Positions 51,893 to 61,417 of a stretch of 64,000 nucleotides of DNA are shown here, piece by piece. Every line of letters begins with the position of its first letter. The first letter of the stretch is position 1. The position numbers and the translations under genes were made by a program. Source of the DNA: Campylobacter concisus (GTDB lineage Bacteria > Campylobacterota > Campylobacteria > Campylobacterales > Campylobacteraceae). The stretch is taken from the NCBI GenBank assembly GCA_018371455.1, contig JAHAKV010000005.1:32158-96157 (forward strand). The letters are read 5' to 3'. Below the pieces are notes generated by a model. The model ran no database searches and was not told the DNA's origin. It worked only from the letters and a program-made list of their open reading frames with translations.

Positions 51893-54337
51893 TTATTGTT
51901 TTAGTTGAAGAAGCGTGTTTAGCATCTCATCGCTTGTTGTGATCGTTTTTGAGTTTGCTTGAAAGCCTCTTTGGATGACGATAAGATCTGTTAGCGCACG
52001 GCTTAGATCGACGTTACTTGCTTCTAGTTTTGAAGCTGCGATCGTTCCTTTATCGCCTGTGCCTGCTGCGCCGATGACTGCTTCGCCTGAGTTTGCAGTT
52101 TGTGAAAAGACGTTTCCGCCCTCACTTTGAAGACCCTCGTTGTTTGTAAAGCTAGCAAGTGCCACTTGAGCTAGACCAAAGCTTTGGCCGTTTGTAAATG
52201 CACCGATGATAGTACCAGTTTCGTCAATCTTTAGGTCATTTAGTGTACCACCTGTGTAACCATCTTGTGAGATAGACTCAGTTGAAGAGTCTTTATCAAA
52301 GCTTGTTAGTCCGTTAAAGTCTGTTCCCAAACCAAAATTTAAACTAACATTTTGACCACTTTGTGAGCCGTTGTTAGCTGAAAATGTTATCGTAGCTGGG
52401 TGAAAACTAGCAAGTGAGCCGTTTGAGTTAAATCTCAATGAGCCAGTTACGACGTTATCTGGGCCTTCGCCTGTGTAGTTTATCTTAGCAGGCTCTGGTA
52501 CTTGAATGATCATATTCCACTCAGTTCCGCCATCTGTTGTAGTGCCTGTCTTTGCCCATCTGATACTAACTGTGTGTTTTGAGCCAAGTGAGTCAAAAAT
52601 TTCAGCCGTTGAGCCGTGGCTTGACATCATCATCTTACCGCTCGCTCTTAGTGCTTGACCTGGGCTTAGTGCGCCATCAAGTGCCTTCATGATATTTGTA
52701 AAGCGAACGTTTTCGTTTACCGCTGCGTTGTTTGTGCCTTGAGCTGGTTTTGTAAGACCAGTTGTAGTCATATAAAGGGCTTGATCAGCCATTTCGTTTG
52801 TAGGGTTTTCTAGTTGAAATTGACCTAGTTTATTTACAGTGATCTTTACGCCGTCGTTTGTATCATCTCCAGCTGCTGCTTGAAGTGCTGCGATACCTGC
52901 TGCGTGTTTTTGATCAGGTGTGCCTGCTGCTGCTGCGTAAGCGTTGTTATATGCTAGTGCATAAGCTGGATTTGTTATAGCTGCGCCACCAGTGCCTGGA
53001 GCTACCTTGTGAGCAGCAGTTGCAAGTTTTGCTGCATCAAGTGCGTCAGAGTTTGCTCTTATTTGACCATCGCCGTTATAATCAACGTGGTTTCTAGCAT
53101 CCTCTTGCATAGCTGCACGAAGATCTTCTGTTGTTGTTATTTGTCTTGCGATTTTGTCGTTATTTGGATGAACAGCTGTTGTTTGTGAGCTTGTATAGAC
53201 ATATTGATAAGCTGTGATGATATCTTTACTAGCTAGACCGCCAACCGTGTTTCCAGCATTTACTGTTAGGTGGATGTTTTTTGTCTCTTCAGTTGTGCCT
53301 GAGTTGTTTCTGTTTATAAGCGTTAGTTTATTGCCTTCTGAAATTTCAGCTCTAACGCCAGTTTTGTTGTACTGAGCATTGATAGCAGCGGCAACGTCAC
53401 TGATGCTTGTCATCGTGCCAGCTTGAGTTTTGATATTTTGTCCATTTAGTGTTATATCAAGTGTAGCTGGTGGGTTGATCTGACCGATATTTTGTGCTAG
53501 AGCGCTACCTACGCTAAATTTTTCAGTCTTAGCATTTGCGTAGCTTACCCAGATACCTTGTCCATCTCTTAGTGCAAGTCCGTTTCCAAGCTCGTCAAAT
53601 GTAACACCAAGATCGACGCCACGCTCTGTTAAAATTTGCTCGTTTCTTGAGTTTGTATAAAATTCATCATTATTTGTATCGTTTTCGTTATGAACTTCGT
53701 TAGCATTTAAAATTCCATCGTTATTGTAGTCGCGTCCGCCTGCAACTGAGTCAAGAGCATATATAGGTGTGCTTCTTTGACCGATGCTGTTACCTGAGTC
53801 GAGGTTGCCTTTTATCTTAACTTCTGTTGTCGCTCTTGCTGGAGTTGTAAGACCTTCTTTGATGACGATGTTGCTTATAGGGCCAGTTGAGTCGATAGTG
53901 CCAGTCTCGTCATCTCTAGTCCAGCCTTGAACGATATAACCGCTGTTATTTACGAAGTTACCAGCCTTATCACGGACAAAATCGCCGTTTCTTGTATAGT
54001 ATCTTGTCGTTCCGCCATCTGGAGAAACAACAAAGAAGCCATTTCCTTGAAGAGCAAGGTCGGTTTGCTTATCAGTGGCTGTTAGTGTGCCTTGTGAGAA
54101 AATTCTTGTAGTTGAGTTTATAGTCGTTCCTAGACCTATTTGCATAGCGTTTTGACCGCCTAGCTGACCTTGTGGAGCGGTAGCTACTCTTGGAGTTTGG
54201 CTTAGTATATCAGCAAAATTTGCGCGGTTGTATTTAAAACCATAAGTATTGACGTTTGCGATATTGTTGCCTTCTACGTCCATGGCTATCTGGTGGGCTT
54301 GTAGGCCTGAAACACCAGACCAAAGTGATCTCATCAT
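51893..54337 (-). CDS. flgE: Flagellar hook protein FlgE (large epsilonproteobacterial form)
   Basis: MMRSLWSGVSGLQAHQIAMDVEGNNIANVNTYGFK N-terminus and a conserved C-terminus (…SNVDLSRALTDLIVIQRGFQAN…); 814 aa. Confidence 0.92.
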   Translation of the reverse strand: MMRSLWSGVSGLQAHQIAMDVEGNNIANVNTYGFKYNRANFADILSQTPRVATAPQGQLGGQNAMQIGLGTTINSTTRIFSQGTLTATDKQTDLALQGNGFFVVSPDGGTTRYYTRNGDFVRDKAGNFVNNSGYIVQGWTRDDETGTIDSTGPISNIVIKEGLTTPARATTEVKIKGNLDSGNSIGQRSTPIYALDSVAGGRDYNNDGILNANEVHNENDTNNDEFYTNSRNEQILTERGVDLGVTFDELGNGLALRDGQGIWVSYANAKTEKFSVGSALAQNIGQINPPATLDITLNGQNIKTQAGTMTSISDVAAAINAQYNKTGVRAEISEGNKLTLINRNNSGTTEETKNIHLTVNAGNTVGGLASKDIITAYQYVYTSSQTTAVHPNNDKIARQITTTEDLRAAMQEDARNHVDYNGDGQIRANSDALDAAKLATAAHKVAPGTGGAAITNPAYALAYNNAYAAAAGTPDQKHAAGIAALQAAAGDDTNDGVKITVNKLGQFQLENPTNEMADQALYMTTTGLTKPAQGTNNAAVNENVRFTNIMKALDGALSPGQALRASGKMMMSSHGSTAEIFDSLGSKHTVSIRWAKTGTTTDGGTEWNMIIQVPEPAKINYTGEGPDNVVTGSLRFNSNGSLASFHPATITFSANNGSQSGQNVSLNFGLGTDFNGLTSFDKDSSTESISQDGYTGGTLNDLKIDETGTIIGAFTNGQSFGLAQVALASFTNNEGLQSEGGNVFSQTANSGEAVIGAAGTGDKGTIAASKLEASNVDLSRALTDLIVIQRGFQANSKTITTSDEMLNTLLQLKQ

Positions 54338-54451
54338 GAGCTTATCCTTTTTCTCGTTTTAAATTTTTATAATCTTTCAAAGCAAAAGATGTTCCAAAAT
54401 TTATATCGGCAAAAAGAGAAAAATTTGAAAATTTTTGTGTGATCGTATTTT

Positions 54452-54724
54452 TTAGTATGCTTTTTCTCGTGATGAAATTTCTATTATCTCAATAGTTAAA
54501 ATTTCATCTTGCTTAAGCCCTATTATGCGGTAATGTATGCCAACTCTCCAACGCCAGCGATTATCATAGCCCTGCATCTTTTCTGCGTTATTTGTCGCAA
54601 AAGGATTTTCTACTTTTTCAAGCTCTTTTAGAAAGGTGTGTATTTTTAGAGCTGCTCTTAGATCACCTTTTGAAATTTTATCTAGTTGCTTGTCCGCAGA
54701 GTGCTTAATAACGATCTTATACAC
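54452..54724 (-). CDS. RelE/ParE-family type II toxin
   Basis: 90 aa; …NRWRWRVGIHYRIIGLKQDEILTIEIIEI is the RelE/ParE core. Confidence 0.7.
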   Translation of the reverse strand: MYKIVIKHSADKQLDKISKGDLRAALKIHTFLKELEKVENPFATNNAEKMQGYDNRWRWRVGIHYRIIGLKQDEILTIEIIEISSREKAY

Positions 54725-55050
54725 TAAACACCCATTTCAGTTTTAACTTCCGCTATTAGTGCTTCTTGCTCTGCTTTTGAGAGTTTTTTAAATTCTATAT
54801 CCAGTTTTTTTATGCTTGGAGAATTTAAAAGTTCATAATCTTTTGACTCATCAAGTTTACTTTTTATCTTTTTTTTAAGATAAAGGATCAGTTCTGATTG
54901 TTTTTTTAAAGTATCTTGCAATGAATTTAGTTTTTTCTCCTCTTTTTCAAGTGAATTAAATAATGCTTTACGTGTCATAGTCTCGTATTTTGCATAATCA
55001 ATATTTGTTTGCATCGCATTTTCCTTTAAATTTTTTAATGATTGTAACAC
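54724..55050 (-). CDS. Putative antitoxin partner (upstream, 1-nt overlap)
   Basis: Small acidic/helical ORF directly upstream of the toxin and translationally coupled to it. No family assignment. Confidence 0.4.
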   Translation of the reverse strand: MLQSLKNLKENAMQTNIDYAKYETMTRKALFNSLEKEEKKLNSLQDTLKKQSELILYLKKKIKSKLDESKDYELLNSPSIKKLDIEFKKLSKAEQEALIAEVKTEMGV

Positions 55051-55052
55051 AT

Positions 55053-56420
55053 TTATCCAAGTATCAACGCACCTACGACGCCACCGATGATAAGTGGGAT
55101 GTTAAAAAATACAAATGTAGGCACGCAAGTATCATATATGTGGTTGTGCTCACCATCAGCGTTTAGACCGCTCGTTGGTCCAAGTGTGCTGTCGCTTGCT
55201 GGGCTTCCAGCGTCGCCTAGAGCTGCTGCTATGCCAACTAGCAAGATGATAGCTGGCACACCAAAGCCAAGGCTAAGGCAAAGCGGTACGTAGATAGAGG
55301 CTAAGATAGGGATAGTGCCAAAGCTAGTGCCTATGCCCATCGTGACTAAAAGTCCGATAAGTAACATCAAAAGTGCTCCGCCTATCTTGCCGCCAGATAC
55401 CAAGCTAGCGTATTTTACAAGCTCGTCTATACCGCCACTCTCTCTTAAAATGGTGCCATATCCCGCAGCAACAAGCATGATAAATGCGATAAAGCCCATC
55501 ATAGCAAGGCCATTATCCATGATCTTATCTACTTTTTTGTATTCGATGCCTCCAAAAACGACCATGACCAAAAGTCCAAGTAGCGCGCCAAGTGGCAAGA
55601 GCGAAGTATAAATTTGCACGACAAAGGCGACAACCGCACCAGCTAAGACCGCCCACTCTTTTTTAGTCATCTCAAGGCTTTTTGCGCGCTCGATCTCGTC
55701 AAGCTCGGCTTTTTCAAATTTAGATGTTTTATAAATTCTCTTTCTGCCGTAGACAAAAATGGCGATGATAAGACCAACTAACATCGACGCACCGCCGATC
55801 CACATGACTGATGAGATGTCTGAGATAGTTGTATTTATGCCGTTGTTTGCTAGCTCTTTTTTAAGGATATTGTGAAAAAGCAGACCAAAGCCAACGCTAA
55901 GGCTCACATAAGGCGCTTGCAGTCCAAATGTAAGGGCGCAAGCCACCGCACGTCTATCTATGCCCATTTTATTCATAAGAGCAAGAAGCGGTGGGATCAA
56001 GATAGGTATGAAGGCTATGTGAACTGGGATCAAGTTTTGAGACAAACAAGCGATAAATGCGATAGTTAGCGTAAAAATGACCTTGTTTGAGCTAAGAAAT
56101 TTACTCATTGCATTTATCAAAATGGCTGTTAAATTTGTATTTGCGATGGCAGCTGCAAGAGCACCTAGCAAGATGTAGCTAAGCGAGGTCTCAAGGTTGC
56201 CTTGCATGCCGCTTATGAGGCTTTGCGTGGTCTCTTTTAGGGCCGTAAAAAAGCTCTCAAAACCGCTTGCCAAACCACTTTCAAATCCACTAAAACCATG
56301 CTTATACATAACCCCAGCAACAAGGGCTGAGATAAGGATAGAAAGCAGTATGTTAAAGCGCAGCAAACATAGCACCGTCATCACCAAAATGCTAAAAACA
56401 ACAGGATTAAAGAGAAGCAT
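55053..56420 (-). CDS. nhaC: Na+/H+ antiporter NhaC family
   Basis: Polytopic 455 aa protein with NhaC-like segments. Confidence 0.75.
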   Translation of the reverse strand: MLLFNPVVFSILVMTVLCLLRFNILLSILISALVAGVMYKHGFSGFESGLASGFESFFTALKETTQSLISGMQGNLETSLSYILLGALAAAIANTNLTAILINAMSKFLSSNKVIFTLTIAFIACLSQNLIPVHIAFIPILIPPLLALMNKMGIDRRAVACALTFGLQAPYVSLSVGFGLLFHNILKKELANNGINTTISDISSVMWIGGASMLVGLIIAIFVYGRKRIYKTSKFEKAELDEIERAKSLEMTKKEWAVLAGAVVAFVVQIYTSLLPLGALLGLLVMVVFGGIEYKKVDKIMDNGLAMMGFIAFIMLVAAGYGTILRESGGIDELVKYASLVSGGKIGGALLMLLIGLLVTMGIGTSFGTIPILASIYVPLCLSLGFGVPAIILLVGIAAALGDAGSPASDSTLGPTSGLNADGEHNHIYDTCVPTFVFFNIPLIIGGVVGALILG

Positions 56421-56538
56421 GTGTGTCCTTTTTGTATGTTGGAAGAATTATACAAGCGTGGGGCTTATTAAATTTTAAAAAGAGTGGCTTAAGTGGGTAT
56501 GTGTTAAGATTTTTGGCAAATTTTAAAAGGAAAAAGCG

Positions 56539-57147
56539 ATGGATTTAGAGAAAATTTATAAAGACGCTGGGGCGTATTTAGAGGGGCACTTTTTGCTAAG
56601 TAGTGGCAACCACTCGCAGTTTTATCTGCAAAGTGCAAAGGTGCTTGAAGACCCTGCTCTTGCAGCAAAGCTAGCAGATGAGCTAGCGCGCGTGATAGAG
56701 AAATTTGGCATTAAATTTGATAGTGTTTGTTCTCCTGCACTTGGTGGAATTTTAGCTGGATATGAGCTAGCTCGCGCGGCGAAAAAGCGTTTTATATTTA
56801 CAGAGCGCGTTGATAGAGTGATGAGCTTAAGGCGCGGCTTTGAAGTGAAAAAGGGCGAGAAATTTATAGTTTGCGAAGATATCATCACAACTGGTGGCTC
56901 GGCACTTGAAGCAGCGCACGTGATAGAGAGCCTTGGTGGCGAGGTGGTTGGCTTTGCAGCACTTGCGAACCGCGGCTTTTGCAAGGTTGCAAATTTAGGC
57001 AATGAAGCTAAGGCAAATGCAAAACTGCCAAGTGATAAGCCATTTTTTGCTTTGGGGAATTTTGAATTTGAAATTTATGAGCCAGAGCGCTGTCCGCTTT
57101 GTAAGAGTGGTAGCAAGGCGATTAAACCTGGAAGCAGAGGCAACTAA
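56539..57147 (+). CDS. pyrE: Orotate phosphoribosyltransferase
   Basis: PRTase motif ([13 protein letters not shown]); 202 aa. Confidence 0.88.
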   Translation: MDLEKIYKDAGAYLEGHFLLSSGNHSQFYLQSAKVLEDPALAAKLADELARVIEKFGIKFDSVCSPALGGILAGYELARAAKKRFIFTERVDRVMSLRRGFEVKKGEKFIVCEDIITTGGSALEAAHVIESLGGEVVGFAALANRGFCKVANLGNEAKANAKLPSDKPFFALGNFEFEIYEPERCPLCKSGSKAIKPGSRGN

Positions 57148-57343
57148 ATTTTATAAAATTTTAACACTCAAAGCTTAAGATAATAATATTTGTAACTTAT
57201 TCGTTATTTTGGGCTTTGAGTAAATTATCTCATCAAATTTTATCTTTTTTTCTTAAATTTCAAAAGTTAATTTATAATTAAGATTTGAATGTATAAAATG
57301 GCACGTAAATTTTAGGAGATCCCAAAATGCAAGGATGTGTGCC

Positions 57344-59047
57344 ATGAAAATATCTACAAAGATAATTCTCACTTTTGTTTTCTCAGTTTTGCTTGTCAGC
57401 TGTTTGCTCATCTTTTTAAATAGCAAATTTTCAAGCGATCTAACTCAGTTTTTCACCCATAAGTCCTACGACGAGCTGGTAAATGCCAGAAAAGAAAATT
57501 TAAAAGATGACGTCGAGATGATCAATCAAATGATGCGTGAAATTTACAATGGCGGCAAAGAAAAAGGGCTAAGCGACGATGAGATAAAAAAAGAAATTTT
57601 TAGAGTCGTCTCAAAGCTAAAATTCTTTAGCGATAAAACTGGCTATATCTTCATTTATGACTACGACGGCGTTGTTTTGATGCACCCTGAAAAGCCATCG
57701 CTTGTGGGTAAAAATTTAATCGGACTAAAAGATCCAAAAGGGCTACTTCTTATAAAGGAGCTCATCCAAAAGGCTAAACAAGGCGGCGGGTTTGTTACAT
57801 TTGGCTGGGCGAAAAAAGAGGGGCAGGAGCCAGTGGAGAAGCTTGGCTATGCTGCAAATTTTGAGCCATATAAATGGATGCTAGGAAGTGGCGTATATGT
57901 CGATGACTTGGCGGACGAGATAGAAAAGACAAAGGTCGTGTTAAACGAGCAAAACAGCCAAAATACAAAAACATTTATCATCGCTTGCGCCCTGATCACG
58001 GTTGTTTTGATAGCTATCGTGCTATTTATCTTAAGTAGGGCGATCATCAAACCTATAAAAAATATCGTTGCGAATTTAACCGAGATGTCAGATGAGATAA
58101 AAAGTGGCAGAGGTGATCTTACTAAAAAGCTTGAAGTTAGCGGCAAAGATGAAATTTCAAACATCAAAAGCTCGATAAATGACCTAACAAGCGAGCTAAG
58201 ATCTGTTATAGAAAGTGTTAAAGGTCTAGCGCATGAGAACTCTTCTATCGCCGAGCAGCTCTCTTCAACTTCAGCTCAAACTACAAATTTAACCAACAAA
58301 TCTTCACTAATCGTCACAGATACGACAAATATGGCAAAAACTATGTCTGAAGAGATAAAGAGCTCATTTGAGGAGGCTAAGAAGAGCAAAGAAAATCTTG
58401 AAAGAACCTGTCTATATATAAATGAAGTTTCAAACGATGTTTTGGGGCTTAGTAAAAATGTAGATGAGGCTGCAAATAGCGAAATTTCACTCGCTAGCTC
58501 GATGAAAAGCCTAGCTGATCAAGCTAAAAATGTAAAAGATGTCTTAAATATCATCGATGACATCGCTGATCAGACAAATTTACTTGCTCTAAATGCTGCC
58601 ATAGAAGCAGCGCGCGCAGGTGAGCATGGACGTGGCTTTGCAGTCGTGGCTGATGAGGTTAGGCAGCTGGCTGAGCGCACGCAAAATAGCCTAAGCGAGA
58701 TAAATGCAACTATAAATTTAATCGTTGAAGCGATCTCAAATTCAAGCCAAACCATCGGAGATAACGCTAAAAAAGCTGGCGAGCTTTGCAAAAAATCAGC
58801 CCAGATAAATGAAAAAATAGAAAATATGAATCAGCTAATGAACGAGAGCGTTAGCTTAAATGAGACCTCTACGAAGGATTATTTAGAGACTGGAAATAAG
58901 GTCGAAGAGCTGATAAAAGGCATCGTAAATATCGATGAAATTTCAAAACAAAACTCAAAAAGTATGGATGAAATCTCACTAGCAGCCGCTCATCTTTCAA
59001 AGATGACTGATAATCTAAACACTAGCCTTTCAAAATTTAGAACCTGA
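57344..59047 (+). CDS. Methyl-accepting chemotaxis protein with sCache-type periplasmic sensor
   Basis: TM, Cache-like region, TM, then an MCP signalling domain near-identical to the one at 48480-48600. Confidence 0.85.
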   Translation: MKISTKIILTFVFSVLLVSCLLIFLNSKFSSDLTQFFTHKSYDELVNARKENLKDDVEMINQMMREIYNGGKEKGLSDDEIKKEIFRVVSKLKFFSDKTGYIFIYDYDGVVLMHPEKPSLVGKNLIGLKDPKGLLLIKELIQKAKQGGGFVTFGWAKKEGQEPVEKLGYAANFEPYKWMLGSGVYVDDLADEIEKTKVVLNEQNSQNTKTFIIACALITVVLIAIVLFILSRAIIKPIKNIVANLTEMSDEIKSGRGDLTKKLEVSGKDEISNIKSSINDLTSELRSVIESVKGLAHENSSIAEQLSSTSAQTTNLTNKSSLIVTDTTNMAKTMSEEIKSSFEEAKKSKENLERTCLYINEVSNDVLGLSKNVDEAANSEISLASSMKSLADQAKNVKDVLNIIDDIADQTNLLALNAAIEAARAGEHGRGFAVVADEVRQLAERTQNSLSEINATINLIVEAISNSSQTIGDNAKKAGELCKKSAQINEKIENMNQLMNESVSLNETSTKDYLETGNKVEELIKGIVNIDEISKQNSKSMDEISLAAAHLSKMTDNLNTSLSKFRT

Positions 59048-59215
59048 TAAATTTAGCCAAATCTTTGGCTAAATTTAACTTTATCTTTTAAATTTATCAC
59101 TTAAGTAGCGAGCCTGTTTTTTACTTTAAGCTTACGATCATGATGTAAATTTATGAAATAATTTTTATTTTGTGTTATTTAAGTCGGCATTTTGGCTTAA
59201 GAGATGAGATGACGT

Positions 59216-59905
59216 ATGCAAGAGTATGATATTTTAGATGTTTTATCAAACAAAAAGGTCCTTTGCTTAGAGGATGAAGAGGCGATTTTGCGAAATATCT
59301 GCGCGTCACTTGAGCTATTTTTTGCTGAGGTGACAGGCGTGCAAGACGGCTCTGAGGCGCTTGAGCTCGCACTAAGCGATGCCTATGATGTTTTGGTGCT
59401 TGATATAAGCGTGCCAAATATCGACGGTCTTGAGATCGCTAAAAAAGTAAGAACTATCAATCAAAAAATCCCTATCGTAATACTCTCAAGCCACGTCGAG
59501 CAAGAGTATCTGTGGCGCGCGGTTGAGCTAAAGATCACAAGATATCTTGCAAAACCATACGATAAAAAATCTTTTGTTAAAGCACTTGAAGATGTGGCTT
59601 TTGAGCTAGTTGGACGCACACCAACTATCAGGCTAAATAACGAGCTTGAGTATGATTTTGGCAAAAAAGCGCTTTATGTAAATGGCGAAATTTCTCATCT
59701 AAGTAAGAGCGAGAGCAAGCTTTTGGAGTACTTTTTAAACAACAAAAACCAAACTATCACTTATGAGCAAATTTTTGACTACATCTGGGACTACGAGCAG
59801 CCGACAAAAGAGGCTATAAAGACGATCGTAAAAGAGCTTAGAAGAAAGCTTGGCAAAGATGTGATCAAAAATTTATACGGCGTGGGCTATCTTTGTGAGA
59901 TATAA
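59216..59905 (+). CDS. mccR: OmpR-family response regulator (MccR-like)
   Basis: Receiver domain (phospho-acceptor D in VLVLDIS) plus a winged helix; immediately upstream of the kinase and the octaheme cytochrome. Confidence 0.6.
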   Translation: MQEYDILDVLSNKKVLCLEDEEAILRNICASLELFFAEVTGVQDGSEALELALSDAYDVLVLDISVPNIDGLEIAKKVRTINQKIPIVILSSHVEQEYLWRAVELKITRYLAKPYDKKSFVKALEDVAFELVGRTPTIRLNNELEYDFGKKALYVNGEISHLSKSESKLLEYFLNNKNQTITYEQIFDYIWDYEQPTKEAIKTIVKELRRKLGKDVIKNLYGVGYLCEI

Positions 59906-61322
59906 ATTTCAGCTAATAGTCGGTGCTTTTATCTTTGTCTATCTGCTAGTTTCGGCACTTGTTTTAAATTTTTACAACGATCTTGCGATGAAAGATGCCA
60001 AAAAAGAGGCGTATTATGTTTTAGAGGGCATAAATTCTGTAAGAGAGTACATCGCTGGAGTTCAGCGCCCGCTAATCGAGCAGTTAAAAGAGCAGGGCGT
60101 CTTAAAAGAGGACTTTTTTGACGAGAGACTTCTATCATCTTCATATATAAGCCGTGAAATTTACAACATCCAAAAGAAAAAATACAACCTAGAATTTGAC
60201 TACAAGCTAGTTGCCATCGCTCCGCTAAATAAAGCCCACGAGCCAAATGAATTTGAAGCTGGCGTCTTACATGGCTTTAAAGAGAATAAATTTAAAGAAT
60301 TTGTAAAGATAATAAAAGATGAAAATGGCTCACAGCTCTTTGTGGGTCTGCCTATAAAAAACCAAAGTCCAAGCTGTCTAGCCTGTCATAGCAGTGCAAA
60401 TGCCCCACAACAAATGCTAGAAAAATACGGCATGGAGGGCATAGAGATCCCAGACGTGAACGAAACGGTCGCGATGATCTCTTTTAAGATACCAATCCGC
60501 GCTATTTTTACCTACCATTTGCAAGAGGTCATCGTCATAATGAGCGCCATAACGCTTATCTTTGGGCTATTTTTGCTACTTGTTTATAAGATGCACAGGC
60601 GAGGCGAGGAGAGCAAAAAGCAGACTGAGCAGCTAATGATACATCAAAGCCGTCTAGCCTCGATGGGCGAGATGATAGGCAATATCTCGCACCAGTGGAA
60701 GCAGCCGCTTGCTCAGATAAGCTCATCTTTAATAAATTTAGAGCTTTATCAGGAGCGAAAAAAGCTTGATGAGGCGAAAATTTATGAGTTTATAGAAGAG
60801 ACAAGCAAGCAGATAAATTTCATGTCAGAAACTGTTGATGACTTTAAAAATTTCTTTAGTCCAAATACCTTGAGAAAAGAGTTTAAGGTGCTTGAAGTGA
60901 TAAATCAAACGATAAAAATTTTAAACGCAACGCTTAAAAAGTATCAGATCGAAGTGCAGCTTGACGTGAGAGAAAATTTTGAGGTATTTGCAAATTTTAA
61001 TGAGATAATCCAAATTTTAATAAACATCATAAACAACGCCAAAGACGCATTTAAACAAAGCTACACAAAGCCAAGAGTGATAAAGATAAGCGCCTTTTTA
61101 AAAGATGGCAGAAAGAATTTATGCGTGCAAAATAACGCAGGAGCGATAAAAAATTCATTTTTAAAGGTCATCTTTGAGCCACACTTTAGCACAAAAGAGA
61201 GCGGTAGCGGGCTTGGGCTATATATGAGCCGTCTTATCGCTCGCAAAAACAACGCCCTAATCTTTGCTAAAAATGTGGATGAAAACCACGTTGCATTTAC
61301 AATTAGTTTCGAAAATTTATAA
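59895..61322 (+). CDS. mccS: Sensor histidine kinase (MccS-like) with periplasmic CxxCH motif
   Basis: Two TM segments flank a periplasmic domain containing CLACH (60375-60389); H-box ISHQWKQPL; HATPase_c region (…GSGLGLYMS…). Confidence 0.6.
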   Translation: MRYKFQLIVGAFIFVYLLVSALVLNFYNDLAMKDAKKEAYYVLEGINSVREYIAGVQRPLIEQLKEQGVLKEDFFDERLLSSSYISREIYNIQKKKYNLEFDYKLVAIAPLNKAHEPNEFEAGVLHGFKENKFKEFVKIIKDENGSQLFVGLPIKNQSPSCLACHSSANAPQQMLEKYGMEGIEIPDVNETVAMISFKIPIRAIFTYHLQEVIVIMSAITLIFGLFLLLVYKMHRRGEESKKQTEQLMIHQSRLASMGEMIGNISHQWKQPLAQISSSLINLELYQERKKLDEAKIYEFIEETSKQINFMSETVDDFKNFFSPNTLRKEFKVLEVINQTIKILNATLKKYQIEVQLDVRENFEVFANFNEIIQILINIINNAKDAFKQSYTKPRVIKISAFLKDGRKNLCVQNNAGAIKNSFLKVIFEPHFSTKESGSGLGLYMSRLIARKNNALIFAKNVDENHVAFTISFENL

Positions 61323-61417
61323 TTTGTTAAATTTCCCCCTTTTCTGCCCTTTTTCGGTGTTAAGATTATCAGTATGAAATCATTTTGATTTTAGGATAAA
61401 AATTCAAAGGAGGAGAC

